Shown in pieces: positions 13,901 through 26,340 of a DNA stretch of 64,000 bases (positions are counted from its first letter, which is position 1; every line of letters starts with the position of its first letter). The DNA is from Mobula hypostoma (Eukaryota). The stretch lies in assembly GCF_963921235.1 (NCBI RefSeq), contig NC_086097.1, forward strand, positions 171,184,001-171,248,000, given 5' to 3'. The notes under the pieces were generated by a model. The model did not search any database. It was not told the DNA's origin and was given only the letters and a program-made list of their open reading frames with translations. A program made the translations under genes and the position numbers.

Positions 13901-14572
13901 AGCCTTCCTTCTCCTCTTCTCCAAACCGTTCAGCTGCGATACTGACAATAATTGTTGTCATGGATTGCAGCTTCCTATCAACCCCTCCCTTTGCCGTTGC
14001 CTCCAGAATTTGGTTAACATCTTCATCAAACTGCTTCCACAGTGAAGTCATGTTAGCTTCAGGCCACTTGATCCGCCTCCTGTTAGACTTCATGTTAGAG
14101 GCATTAGTTTGCAACACTTAGAGGTTCTGGGCACTATGGGGTGACTCCAGGCCTGGCCCCTCCTTCGTCTCACCAGGTTGGACACCTGCGCGTTGTGCTG
14201 CTGCTGCTCCCGCCAAACACTTCATCCTCGCTTGGTGGATCTCCAAGCCGCGATCGTTCTTGCAGATTTTGCCACATGCACACTGCTTCCTCATCGTCGT
14301 CTGTTCATTGCCTTGGTCTGATGTCATTGTGTCCATCCAACTGGGGTGCTCATCCTTCCCCCCTCTCGGGCACCCCTGGGGGTATCTTTCCCTTAGATTC
14401 ATTGTAGCTTTTGTGGGGGTCCTCCTCTCAGAGGACACAGATTGGGTTGCCAGCCCGTTCTGCCCTGGTTGCCGTCTCTCCGGACTGTCACTGACTCTTC
14501 AGTCGTCACCCCTCTTTTCGCGGTTGTCACCCAGTCTTTTCTGGTTGTCACTGATGAACTCAGGGTGTAAGC
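10962..14572 (-). mobile_element. Near full-length HERO/R2-group non-LTR retrotransposon with restriction-like endonuclease
   Basis: Flanked by TGTGTACATACATCTA at 10946-10961 and 14573-14588 (TSD). Single-ORF layout: N-terminal zinc finger, RT, CCHC knuckle, RLE. Confidence 0.9.
11095..14402 (-). pseudogene. HERO-type ORF of about 1100 codons (ZnF-RT-CCHC-RLE), disabled by a few stops and a frameshift
   Basis: ORFs 14118..14438, 13125..14117, 12486..13109 and 11850..12479 share one frame. Motifs: CACGKIC…HQARMKC, SAPGP, WLDLANAYGSIPH, GIITGC, AFMDD, CPL…HILSGC, and PDIVL…ELTVPWE…KY…EVGCRG in 11095..11493. Confidence 0.88.
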
Positions 14573-14879
14573 TGTGTACATACATCTAGTAAATAATACC
14601 GAGAACACGAGTTGTAAAGAGTCCTTGAAGATGAGTCTGTAGGTCACAGAATCAGTTCAGAGTAATGGTGATTGAAATTATCCACATCTGTTCAGGAGAA
14701 ATTTCCCTGGGATATTGGGGAAGCCCTGGGGATGGAAAGAAAGAAAAAAATATATAATTTATAAGGACATAGAAGGTCTGTATTTGCTGGAATCTGCAGA
14801 AACACAGAAGGCCAGTTGAAGAGTCTCAACCTTAAACAATGACTGTCCATTTCCCTCCATAGATGCTGCCTGAGTGGAG

Positions 14880-16410
14880 GAACCGCACAGGTAGGCATGA
14901 TGGTGAAGAAGACACTTGCACGCTCGCCTTCATCATTAAGTGTAGAATTTTGGATATTATGCAAAGATTGGAGAGGCCGCATTTAGAATTTTGTATTGGG
15001 TGTTGACCAACACCCAATACAATATATCTCCTATAGAAAAGATGTCATTAACCTAGAAAAAGTGAAGAAGAGATTTGCAAGGATGTTGCTGGTATGGTAG
15101 AGATGGAGTTACGTAGAGAGGTTGAGCACGTTGTGACTTTTTTCAATAGCGTGTGGGAGAATGAGGTGTGTAAAATATGAGGAGCCAAGATCGAGCGAAT
15201 GTACATAGTTTTTTGCCCAAGATTGTGGTGTCAAGGACTAGAGGGCATAGGTTTAAGGTGAGAGGGGAAGGATTTAATAAGAACCTGAGGAGCAACTTTA
15301 CATACAGAGGATAATCAATATATGGAATGAGCTGCCAGAGGAAGTGGTTGAAGCAAGTACATTAATAACATTTAAAAACTTTCTTAGACATGTACATAGA
15401 TGGGAAAGGTTTAGAGGGATATGGGGGAATCGTGGTCAAATGGGACTCGCTAAGATAGAACCTATTTTTCATTTGGTTAATAACTCATCTATTTGTGTCT
15501 GTCATTCCTTGATACAGTTCAATGTAGTGCATCGGGCCCATATGTCAAAGGATAAACTAGCGCGTAGTTTTTCCAATATCAATCCTATTTGTGACAGATG
15601 TGACATTGAGGTTGCCACCTTAACTCATATGCATTGGTCTTGTATAAAGCTAGATAACTTTTGGAGAGATGTTTTTAAAATGCTATCAAAAGTCTTGGAT
15701 CTGGATCTACAACCTAATTTGCTTATGGCAATTTTTGGGATTATCCCATCGGAAGCAGGAAATATTCCTTTTTGCGCTCAAAGTATGCTAACCTTTTCGA
15801 CTTTATTGGCTAGGAGAGCCATTTTATTGAAGTGGAAGGATTCTAATCCACCCACGGAGTTTTATTGGCTCTCCTCCATTATGTCCTGTTTAAGTTTAGA
15901 GAAAATAAGAAGTCGGACATTTGATACATCCTTTAAATTTGAGCAAATCAGGCGACCTTTTATCCAATATTTTCATTTAATTCGATTTATTACTCTTTCA
16001 ATTTTTTTTTGAAGTTTTAGATTTGATCAGAAAGTCTTACTTTTTTTGTGTGGTCATAACCTCAAAATAGACTGCCCGGGCCCTTTTTTTGTTTCTTTTA
16101 TTTTACAGTGTAGTGGTTTTTTTTCTTCATTTAAAATTCAATGTTTTTTCTTTCCTCTTCATGAACTGATAAGAGGAGAATGGTTGTTTTCTTTTTTTTA
16201 TTGTATATTTTATACTAGCTTAACAATATGTATGATTTTGATAATGTCTATCTTAATTTCGGTTTGTATTGTTATTGATATATATATTTGAAATAATTCT
16301 CCTCTTGTTTGTATTTATGTTCCTTTTTAATTAATAAAAAGATTCATAAAGAAAGAACTTTGGTCGGCATGGATCAACTGGGCCTAAAGGCCTGTTTCTG
16401 GGCTGTTTTT
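14880..16410 (+). mobile_element. Degraded CR1 3' part, interrupted by an L1 at about 15461-16355
   Basis: RPHLE/WNELP-type remnants. The CR1 3' UTR resumes at about 16356 (…ggcatggatcaactgggcctaaaggcctgtttctg). Confidence 0.65.
15461..16355 (+). mobile_element. L1-clade LINE 3' end (ORF2 C-terminal CCHC region, T-rich 3' UTR, A-rich tail)
   Basis: ORF 15344..16012 contains CDRC…HMHWSC…FW…LLKWKD…LEKI. AATAAA and (AAAG)n at about 16333-16355. Confidence 0.85.
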
Positions 16411-16506
16411 ATGAAATACTCTTGGACTTTTGAGTTCCTCTAGCATATGGTATATTGCACCTGACTCCAATATCTGCAATCTCTGTGGGACATCTGCATC
16501 TGCAGT

Positions 16507-16812
16507 GGGGCACCATGGTAGCATAGTGATTAATGCAATGCTATTACAGCTCAGGGCATCAGAGTTCGGAGTTCATTCCCAGCATCACTTGTAAGAAGTT
16601 TCTGTATGTCCTCCCCACAGAATGCATGGGTTTTCTCTGGTCCTCCACTTTCCTCCCACAGTCCAAAGATCTTCCCAGTAGGTTAATTGGTCATTGTAAT
16701 TTGTCCCATGATTAGTTTAGGATTATACCAGAGTTTTCGCAGTTGCTGGGCAGTGCGGCTCGGGAGTCGGAAAGGCCTATTCAGCATTGTGTCTACAATA
16801 AATAAATAAATA
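16507..16812 (+). mobile_element. V-SINE (tRNA-derived head, V-domain, LINE-like 3' end), HE1-like
   Basis: A-box-like TGGTAGCATAGTG, B-box-like GTTCATTCC, V-domain …tttcctcccacagtccaaagat…ggttaattggtcattgtaa…, and an (AAAT)n tail. Confidence 0.8.
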
Positions 16813-18096
16813 GACTTTCTCCTGTCTCTCTTTGGTTTCACCTTTTCCCAGTCCTGATGAAGGTTCTTAGATCAGACACAATGACTTGGTGTTCCCCTCC
16901 ACAGTTGGTGACTGACCTAATGAACATCCCCAACACTTTCTAATTTTAATTACGGTGAGTGTGCAGGCACAGACTGGGAAAGGGTGACTGATTTCACTTT
17001 GATCATTTGGCTCATTGTTCTCTCTTGACTTCTGTCAAACTATCTCTTCTGTCCTTCCCGCTCTACACTCTTTCCCCAGAGCCTATAAATTATTTTTCCT
17101 CAGCTGTTTGTTGTGCATACAATTCCCTTCTGAAAGGCCTGATTGAAATTATTACCAGCACCTTTCCAACAGAGTTCCAGGTCATTACCATTCCCTAAGT
17201 AATAAATGCTTTTTCTGAAATTCCCACATCTTTTGACCTTCACTATAAATTGTATTCTTAATTGTGTATTTGTTGAAAATTTGGTAATGGAGGAAATGAA
17301 TTAGAATGGATTGAAATTCAGCTGCCTCATAGAAGACAGGGACTTGGAATAAATGAGTCATTGTCAGTCTGGAAGGAGGTACAGTTTCTGGATTCTGTAA
17401 CGGGGCTCTCTGTAATCCTCCATTTTATTATTGCTTTTCCCTTGTACTACCTCAATATATGGATACGGTGAAATTATCAGAATGGATGGCATGCAAAATA
17501 AGGTTGTCACTGTATCTTGATATGTGTGACAATATTAAACCAATTTATTAATTTAACTAGCTAACCGGTTTGGCCACATCTGGAGCATTGCATTCAATTC
17601 TTGTTGCTTCATTATAGGAAGGACATGTAGACTTTAGAGAGGGTGCAGAAGAGGTTTACCAAGATGCTGCCTAGATTACAGGGCATGTGTTCTGGAGTGG
17701 AGGAGGCTGAGGGAATATAGGATTGAAGTTTATAATGTCCTGAGAGGCACAGATAGAGTAAATATCTGATATCGTTTTTTACCCCATGGTCGAAATGTTT
17801 GACACTAGAGGGCCTGCATTTGGGATGAGAGGGCTGTCCTAACAGAAGCTTGGGCTTGTATTCCTTGCAGCTTCAAAGAATGGGGACTGACCATACTCAA
17901 ACAGAGAATACAGGGGTTGACAAGTGATGTTAGGATGCTTTCACCAGTGGAAGAGCCTCAAAGGAACATAATTACATAATGGTCGGTCATTCAAAACTAA
18001 GGTACATATAAATTTCTTCTCACAGAAAATGTTGAAACTCTGGAACTCTCTGCCCCAGTGGGTGGTAGAAACTAAATCATTAGAAGTATGAAGTGG

Positions 18097-19297
18097 TGGC
18101 CATCAATGGATTGACAGATAGTGCCATAGCCACAGCTCTACACACCATCTTTTCACATCTGGAGAAGAGGGATGCTTATGTCAGAATGCTGTTCTTGGAC
18201 TACAGTTCAGCATTCAAGACCATAATTCCCTCCAGGCTTGACAAGAAGCTCAGAGAACTCAGCCTTCACCCTGCCTTGTGCAGATGGATCTTGGACTTCC
18301 TGTCAGATTGCTGGCAGGTGGTAAGAGTGGGCTCCCTCACCTCTGCCCCTCTGACCCTCAACACAGGTGCCCCTCAGGGCTGTGTCCTAAGCCCCCTCCT
18401 TTACTCTCTGTATACCCATGACTGTGTCACCACCCACAGCTCCAATCTGCTAAATAAATTTGCTGACGATGCTATATTGAAGGCCTTATCTCAAATGATA
18501 ATGAGGCAGCCTACAGAGAGGAAGTCATCACCCTGACACAGTGGTATCAAGAAAACAACCTCTTCCTCAATGTCTCAAAAACAAAGGAGCTGGTTCTGGA
18601 CAACAGGAGGAACAGAGAGAGGCTAACCCCTATGACATCAATGGATCTGGGGTTGAGAGGGTGAACAGCTTTGAGTTCTTCAGAGTACACATCACCGAGG
18701 ATCTCACGTGGTCTGTACATGTTGTGTGGTGAGAAAAGCACAACAGCGCCTCTTTCATCTCAGATGGTTTAAGAAGTTTGGCACGAGTCCCCAGATGCTA
18801 AGGACTTTCTAAAGGGGCACAATTGAGAGCACTCTGACTGGATGCATCACTGCCTGGTATGGGAACTGTACTTCCCTCAATCGCAGGACTCTGCAGAGAG
18901 TGGAGCAGACAGCCCAGCACATCGGCAGATGTGAACTTTCCACTATTCGCGACATTTACAGAGACAAGTGCGTAAGAAGGGCCCAAAGGATCATTGGGGA
19001 CCCGAGTCACCTCAACCGCCAACTGTTCCAGCTGCTACCATCTGGGAAACGGTACCGCAGCATTAAAGCCAGGACAAACAGGCTCCAGAACAGCTTCTTC
19101 CACTAGGCCATCAGACTGATTCATTCACACTGATACAATTGTATTTCTATGCTATATTGACTGTCCTGTTGTACATACTGTTTGTTACAAATTACAATAA
19201 ATTGCACAATTAGATGGAGACATAACATAAAGATTTTTACTTCTCATGTATGTGAAGGATGTAAGAAAAAAATCAAATCAATTCAATTCAATTCAAA
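18097..19297 (+). mobile_element. 5'-truncated Rex1/Babar LINE
   Basis: ORF 18093..18536 has YVRMLFLDYSSAF, GAPQGCVLSPLLYSLYTHDC and KFADD. ORF 18900..19106 has LLPSGKRYRSI. Tail (AATTC)n. Confidence 0.9.
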
Positions 19298-19790
19298 TCA
19301 TGGCTGAAAGATGGTTGTAGTTGGGAGCTAAATATCCAAGGTTACAAGTTGTAACAGAGGGATAGGATGGTAGACAGAGGGGGTGGTGTGGCTCTCCTGG
19401 TAAAGAATGGCATCAAATCAGTAGAAAGATGTGACGTAGGATTGGAAGATATTCAATCCTTGTGGGTGAGTAAAAAGACTGCAAGGGTAAAAGAATCCTG
19501 GTGGCAGTTATCTACAGGCCTCCCAACAGTAGCTGGGATGTGGACCACAGATTACGACCGGAAATAGAAATGGCGTGTCAAAAGGGCAATGTTATGATAG
19601 TCATGGGAGATTTCAACATGCAGATCCATTGGGAAAATCAGGTTGAAAATGGATCTCACGAGAGTGAGTTTGTTGAATGCCTACAAGATGACTTTTTAAA
19701 GGAGTTTGTCGTTGAGCCTACTAGGGGATCAGCTATACCGGATTGGATGTAAAAGAACCCTTAGGAACCAGTGATCACAATATGATTGAA
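19298..19790 (+). mobile_element. CR1 APE-endonuclease fragment
   Basis: RGGGVALLVK, VIYRPPN, MGDFN, EPTRG, and an SDH remnant (agtgatcac) near 19770. Confidence 0.85.
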
Positions 19791-19989
19791 AGCAGACTTG
19801 ATGGGCCAAATGGCCTAATTCTGCTCCTATGTCTTATGGTCTAAGTAGTTAAAGTGGTGGATAAATATTGGAATGATTGTTGCATAGAAGGGTATGGAGA
19901 AATAGTACAAAGAAGGAGTTGTGGCCACAATAGTGGAATCAAATTTAAGGTGAGAACAGCAGATTTCCTTCCCAGGGTAGCCAAGTAGA

Positions 19990-20450
19990 TCATAAGACCA
20001 TAAGACATAGCAGAATTTGATCATTTAGTCTATCAAGTTTGCTCTACCATTGGATCATGGCTGACTTATTTTCCCTCTCAAACCCTTTTACCAAGATTCA
20101 CCACCATCTGGCACAGAAAGTCTTCCTTATCTCTGTTCTAAAGGGATGCCCTTCTATTCTGAGGTTGTAACCTCTGGTCCTCGACTCTCCCAATATTAGA
20201 AACATCCTCTCCATTTCCACTCTATCTTGGTTTTTCAATATTCGATAGGTTCAGTGAGATCCCCCTCCATTCTTCTGAACTCCAGTGAGTGCAGACCATC
20301 CAATACTCCTCATAAGTTAACCCTTTCTTTCCTGGGATCATTCTCATGAATCACATCTGGAACATCATGAAGCTGCTCATAATGCTCTAAATGTGGCCAA
20401 ACCAATGGTTTAAAAATACTTAACATTACATCCTTGCTTTTATCTGACAG
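19990..20450 (-). mobile_element. Degraded CR1 3' end
   Basis: ORF 20310..20540 includes LVWPHLEH. Reverse-complement tail CATAAGACCATAAGACATAG. Confidence 0.65.
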
Positions 20451-20601
20451 CTGTTTGAAAACAATTCGATAGTTCTGTTGTCCTGATTCATCTGCTAATG
20501 GAAACAACTTCCTTTGACTTGTCCCGCTATAAAATCTCATCTCAACTGTCTTTGTTCTAAACAGAACAACTCAGGCCTAATCCAAGACACAGAGATTCAG
20601 C

Positions 20602-20680
20602 CAAGGGTTTCCAAACTTTTTTATGCCTTGAACCCCTACCATTAACCAGATGTCTGCAGGCCCCAGGTTGGGAACCCTTG
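20602..20680. mobile_element. 79-bp hAT-like MITE
   Basis: TIRs CAAGGGTTTCCAAAC and GTTGGGAACCCTTG. Flanking 8-mers GATTCAGC and GAGTCAGT match at 6/8, consistent with an aged 8-bp TSD. Confidence 0.65.
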
Positions 20681-23459
20681 GAGTCAGTAAATGCTGGAGA
20701 TCTTGAGCAACACAACAAAGTGCTGAAGGGACTGAACAGGTTAGGCAGTATCAATGGAGTAAAATGAGTAAATAATGCCCTGGGCAGGGATCTTCCCTTC
20801 ATCAGGGCATCCTATTCTCTGCCTTTCACTCTGTGATAACCTCTCTTCCATTCTTGGCTGTCAGCAGTCTGGGTCCATGGAGGTTTGGGCCAGAGATAAT
20901 CTTGGTCTTGTAGAAAATGGTTAAGAGATCCAGGATCTAATTGGTGAGCAAGCACAAAGCATTCTTGTATTGGAATCTCTACCTTGCCTCAAGGGAAAAG
21001 GAAATACTCTGCAGGCATCTGGAAGTACTGTGACCGAAAGAGCAGACATCGAAGAGAAAGTGTGCATCCACTTACTGATTACCACAATATGTTCAAATTC
21101 TTCAACAGTGCCAAGACCTGCTCAGGCTTCAATATCCCACTTGTGGTTGATAGCATATTTTACATAGATTTAGATTAAGTTCCCTGCTTTTTGTCTCATG
21201 CATGTACTCACGAATCCCATGACCCAATCCACTTTACTAACCAGCCTCACGATAAGCCCTGCCATATTCAATGATTTGCACACATATCCACCCGGTCTCT
21301 CTGTTGCTGCACATCCTTTAATACGATGCTATTAAGGCTGCATTGTCTCAACTCAGTCTTCCAACCAAATAGTGTCCTGTTAATTTAATATAGTTCACAT
21401 AATGTATTTTCCTGCACCTTAAAATTATTGGGTGAGAAATCACGGGGTGTGCATCCTCCCTGCTGATATATGCTTCCAGCAGGAGTGGGGTCTCAGCCTC
21501 TGTGAAAAGCACAGAGTAGGATATGCAGCTGTGACAGAAAGGTTTCTTTATTAGAATGGTAGCTAGAATCAGACTGCCTCGAAGGACGAGTCAGGGAGTT
21601 TTATTGCAAGAGCCAAGTGTTGCTTTATGAAATAAGCCAAGAATTTGTCAATCAAAGCCAGAATCTCCAATGGTTAAATAAGGTGAATCTTTTCTCTTTT
21701 CAGTCATACTCTTCTCGAGCAAATACCGGTAACTCATTTCCACTTTAATCAAAGAGGATTAGTACTGTGAAGATCAAGTTAATATCTGTGTATTAATTTT
21801 GACATCCACCTCACCTAGCTAACTAAAATATGGAGAAATATTATCAATGATGTAAAGCCTGACAGGATGACATGTCACATCATCTCATTATCACGAATTT
21901 AAACAACAAGAAATGATGCATAAAATTAAAAAGGCTAATGGCATAAATGATTGCTGAAATGCTACAGTCAGTAAAACGATGTGCAATAGTTCTCTACACT
22001 GTGCAGCTATTATACCCATCGTATATAAAATATCATTAGCTGATCTTGTACCAGCTGTGCGATCTAAACAAACACATTCCAGAGCAATGTGTTTGCAAAG
22101 ATAAGCCTACCATAAATGATGTTTTTCTCCATGTAAGCTATCTCAAAGGATTTATAATTTAGCATATGACCCTCATGGGATGCTTTGATACATAATCAAA
22201 GTTATAACAGACTGTGGAGTCAGGCTTTAGAAGCAACCAGAGCTCAAACATTCTGATTAAAGAACTCAAAAAATGTGTCAGGCTCAACACTCAACACTTC
22301 TCGTATCTCAGATGATCAGTAGTTGAAACCCTCAATCTGTGGTTCTTACATCTGGACCCAAATCTCAGAACAAAGTATTGGACCCTGTCCCTCATTCCAT
22401 GAACCTGAGCTCATATAAAACTCTCATATCCATGCCCCAATTAGGACCAACTCCCATCATCCATCATCCTGTGTTCACCGGCCTTCACTGAAAAAAAACT
22501 CCCTAGTAATATTCTTATTCTTGTTTACTGATTATGCAGTCACAGAGACATACAACACAGAAATGAACCCTGCAGCCTCCGCATCACAATGAATTTTCCA
22601 ATCTATACTAATCCCATTTGCATGTATTAGGATCATATCCTCTGCTTTATCTATTCAAGAACCTCTGTAAACATCTCTTAAACATAGTTCAAGTTCAAGT
22701 TCAACTTTAATTGTCATTCAACCGTACATGAAAACCCATGAATACAGACAAATGAAACAGTGTTCCTCTGGGGCCACAGTGCAAAGTATAGCACCAACAT
22801 TCATACACAGCTCAAGGCACATATAAGAGAGTAGTAAACATACAATCACACAAGCGATATATAATATAGACAAAGTCCCTGAGTCTGTAGATGTTGTCGG
22901 CAAGAACAAGCTCACAGCAGTTCGCATGTGAGAGCAATCCAGCTTGTCTTCCCCTGAGCGAGCACTGGAGAGCAGCACCGAATGGAAAAGGCAACCTCAA
23001 TCCAGCCTGGACACCACGCCACACCGCCCCCAAAGTTACATCTCCTGTGCGGCTGCAACAGGTGACACCGCGGCATGAGACCCACTCCGCATTATAACCA
23101 AGGGCACGCAGCTACCCAACATCGGTCTCACCAATAAACTAGTGAACTGGACTTGTAGTATTCTACATTTCCAACGTCCAACAGGGTCTTGCAATCACAG
23201 GAAAGATGTCCAAGACAGCTGTTTGCTGCTAAACCGCACACCATCTTCACGCACCAACTCTGACTCCTGTCTGTAGCAGGCAGCAACACGTTCCGCACCA
23301 AGTCTGGCTCGTCTGCTAATGAGCAACGCACTGATGGAGTAGGCATACAGTACTTGAAGTTCTTAATGTCCAGCAGTGTCATAAAATTGTAAAAAAGACT
23401 TTTGAAATAGATAATAACACCTTTGGTTTGCCCTGTAGAGGCTGCTGTGTCTGAGTGTG

Positions 23460-25510
23460 CGACCGTCTTACCGGACAATGTAGTAATTCTGTCTGACTCC
23501 ATCAGCTCCTTTGGCAGGAGGTTCCAGATATCAACAGTATCAACAGCTCTCTGTGTAAATAATTTACCTCTCATATCCCCTGTTAAACTCCTTCCTCTCA
23601 CCTTCAAACCATGCCCTTTTGTTTTTAATATCACTTCCTTGGAAACTAGATTCTGACTCTATTTATGCCACTTACAAATTTCATAAACTTCAATCATGTC
23701 ACCTTCTCAGCCTCGTTTGCTCCAAAGATAAACATGCCAGCCTCTCTAGGCTCTTGCCATAACTGAAGCCCTTCAATCCAGGTAACATCCTTTCAAGTAT
23801 TCTCCCTTTTCTCCACCTCAGCCTGTAATCCTCCAACTTTGGGTTCTTTATTTGCTGCACCTGGGAGTGCCTTCTGTTGCAGAGACCTTTAGCTTTGCAA
23901 TTTTCCTCCTTTAACATCTATGCCTCTCCTTCTTCTGGACATAAGACACAGAACATAGAAAAGTACAGCACAGTAATGGCCCTTCGGTACACAAAGTTGT
24001 GCTAACACTTTAACCTACTCCAAGATCAATCTAACCCTTCACCCTCACGATCCTTCAGTTTTCGTTCACCCATGTGTCTCTTAAATTTCTCTAATATATC
24101 TGTCTCTAACACCTCTCTTGACACCATGTTCCATGCATTCACCACTCTCTATGGAAAAAAATATCTACCTCTGACATCCCCCCTATGCTTCCTCCACACA
24201 TCTTCGAATTATGCCCTCTCATTTTTGCCCTGGGAATAAGACAGTAGCTGTGCACTCTTCCAATACCTCTTGTCATATTATACAGCTCTATCAAGCTACC
24301 TCTCATCCTTCTTCACTCCAAAGAGAAAAACATTAGGTCACTCAACCTCTCCTCATTAGACATACTCTCTAAACCAGGCAGCATCTTGTTAAATCTCCTC
24401 TGCACATCTTTTTACATCATTGCAATAATGAAGCAACCACGACTGAATAGAATATTCCAAACATGGTATAAACAGACTTTTATAAAGTTGCAACAATATC
24501 TTGCAACTCTCTACACGCTGAGAATCCTGTGGTTAACTCTGTAACACTCTCTTCAAGTTTGACCTTCCAAAGTGTATCACTTACTTTACTTTATTGTCGC
24601 CAAACAATTGATACTAGAGCGTACAATCATTGCAGCCATATTTGATTCTGCGCTTCACGCTCCCTGGAGTACAAATCGATAGTAAATAGTAAAAATTTAA
24701 ATTATAAATCATAAATAGAAAATAGAAAAGGGAAAGAAAAGGTCGTGTAAAAAAACCGAGGTGCAGGTCCGGATATTTGGAGGGTACGACCCAGATCCGG
24801 GTCAGGATCGTTCAGCAATCTTATCACAGTTGGAAAGAAGCTGTTCCCAAATCTGTCTGTACGAGTCTTCAAGCTCCTGAGCCTCCTCCCGGAGGGAAGA
24901 GGGACAAAAAGTGTGTTGGCTGGGTGGGCCGTGTCCTTGATTATCCTGGCAGCACTGCTCCGACAGCGTGCAGTGTAAAGTGAGTCCAAGGATGGAAGAT
25001 TGGTTTGTGTGATGTGCTGGGCTGTGTTCACGATCTTCTGCAGTTTCTTCCGGTCTTGGACAGGACAACTTCCATACCAGGTTGTGTTGCACCCTAGAAG
25101 AATGCTTTCTACGGTGCATCTATAAAAATTAGTGAAGGTTTTAGGGGACAGGCCAAATTTCTTTAGCTTTCTCAGGAAGTAAAGGCTCTGGTGGGCCTTC
25201 TTGGTAGTGGACTCTGCTTGGTTGGACCAAGTCAGGTCATTTGTGATATTGACCCCAAGGAACTTAAAGCTTTTGACCTGTTCCACTTGTGCACCACTGA
25301 TGTAAATGGGGTCGTGCAGTCCGCTACTCCTTCTGAAGTCGACAACCAATTCCTTCATCTTGCTGATGTTGAGGGATAAGTTATTCATGATTTTTGGGAT
25401 TGAACTCCATCTGCCACTTCTCAGCTCGGCACAACATCCTTTCTACGTCCTGTTGTAACCGATGACACTAGCCACACCAGGACCAAGATTTGTGTCATCT
25501 GCAAACTTAC
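23460..25510 (-). mobile_element. Degraded CR1 fragments (23460-23800 and 23950-25510, the latter split by a Rex element)
   Basis: ORF 23128..23634 begins TKGHGLKVRG…FTQRAV…WNLLP. A reverse-complement KFADD remnant (gtgtcatctgcaaactt) lies at about 25492-25508. Confidence 0.65.
24580..25388 (-). mobile_element. Well-preserved 5'-truncated Rex1/Babar LINE nested in a CR1
   Basis: Open 228-aa ORF 24702..25388 (NLSLNISKMKELVVDFRR…FKFLGV…FYRCTVESIL…LPSGRRLRSL…SFFP), 3' UTR and (AAAGT)n tail. Confidence 0.9.
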
Positions 25511-26124
25511 TTACTTTGCACATTCAATTTCAGCTTTCTCAGCAATTTTTTGTCACCTATCTTAATATCTCTAAATGTGGCTTGACATCAGGTGTGGCCT
25601 GGTGGCAGTTGTTGTACAATACATAAGTGTTCCTGTCACACTCTGTGCTCAAGAAGTAGAAGAATTTCCTTTAACGTGCATCGTCTTCGCAAATAACTTA
25701 GCATTAAATACATTCATCCCCTTGGGATTTAGATTTTATGGATGCAAGAAGGAAGTTTTAAAAAGGATTGAGATTTCTCAGTGCATTTCAATTTAACTTT
25801 GCCAATGAAGTTTATGTCCACATTGACTCAAGCTTTAATTCTTAAATTATTACAAGATGATACAAGGATTCAAAGGAAATCAGTTGAACATGCTATCTTC
25901 TTGTTACAACCATCAATGAGGACGTAGTGGAAACTGAAAACATACACTCAAAGTTTTAGGAGTAGCTTCTTCCCTTCCACCATCAGACTTTTGAACAGAC
26001 CAATAAAACCATGTACCTCAGTATTTTTTGCTCACTTTTTGCACTAGGTATTTAGTTATACATAAAATAGTAAGCACATTTCCAGCTGAGACACTCAGAA
26101 ACATTCCATCTGTGGTGTAGTGAG

Positions 26125-26340
26125 TGGCATGGTAGTGTAGTGGCTAGCACAGTGTTTTACAGCACAAGTGACCCCATTGAAATTGTGCCGCTGGCTGAAT
26201 GGAGCTTGTACCTTCTCACTGTGACTGCGTGGGCTTCTTTCACGTGCTCTGGTTTCTTCCGGTCCAAAGACGTACCGGTTGGTAGGTTAATTGGTCATTG
26301 TAAATTGTCCCTTGGTTAGGCAAAGATTAAATGGGATTGC
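26125..26340 (+). mobile_element. V-SINE
   Basis: TGGTAGTGTAGTGG head and V-domain gtgactgcgtgggcttc…gtccaaagacgt…ggttaattggtcattgtaaattgtcc. Confidence 0.75.

Larger units (their letters stand above)
10187..14697 (-). mobile_element. Rex1/Babar-type 3' UTR acting as host, split into 10187-10306, 10878-10961 and 14589-14697 by Tc1 and HERO insertions
   Basis: The three pieces joined together are colinear with the uninterrupted copy at 28920-29262. Confidence 0.7.

Noticed and set aside
15344..16012. 222-aa ORF as a single gene
   Set aside because: It is a chance read-through from a CR1 3' end into an inserted L1 fragment.
16507..16580. tRNA gene
   Set aside because: It is the degenerate tRNA-derived head of a V-SINE, with no cloverleaf I can build.
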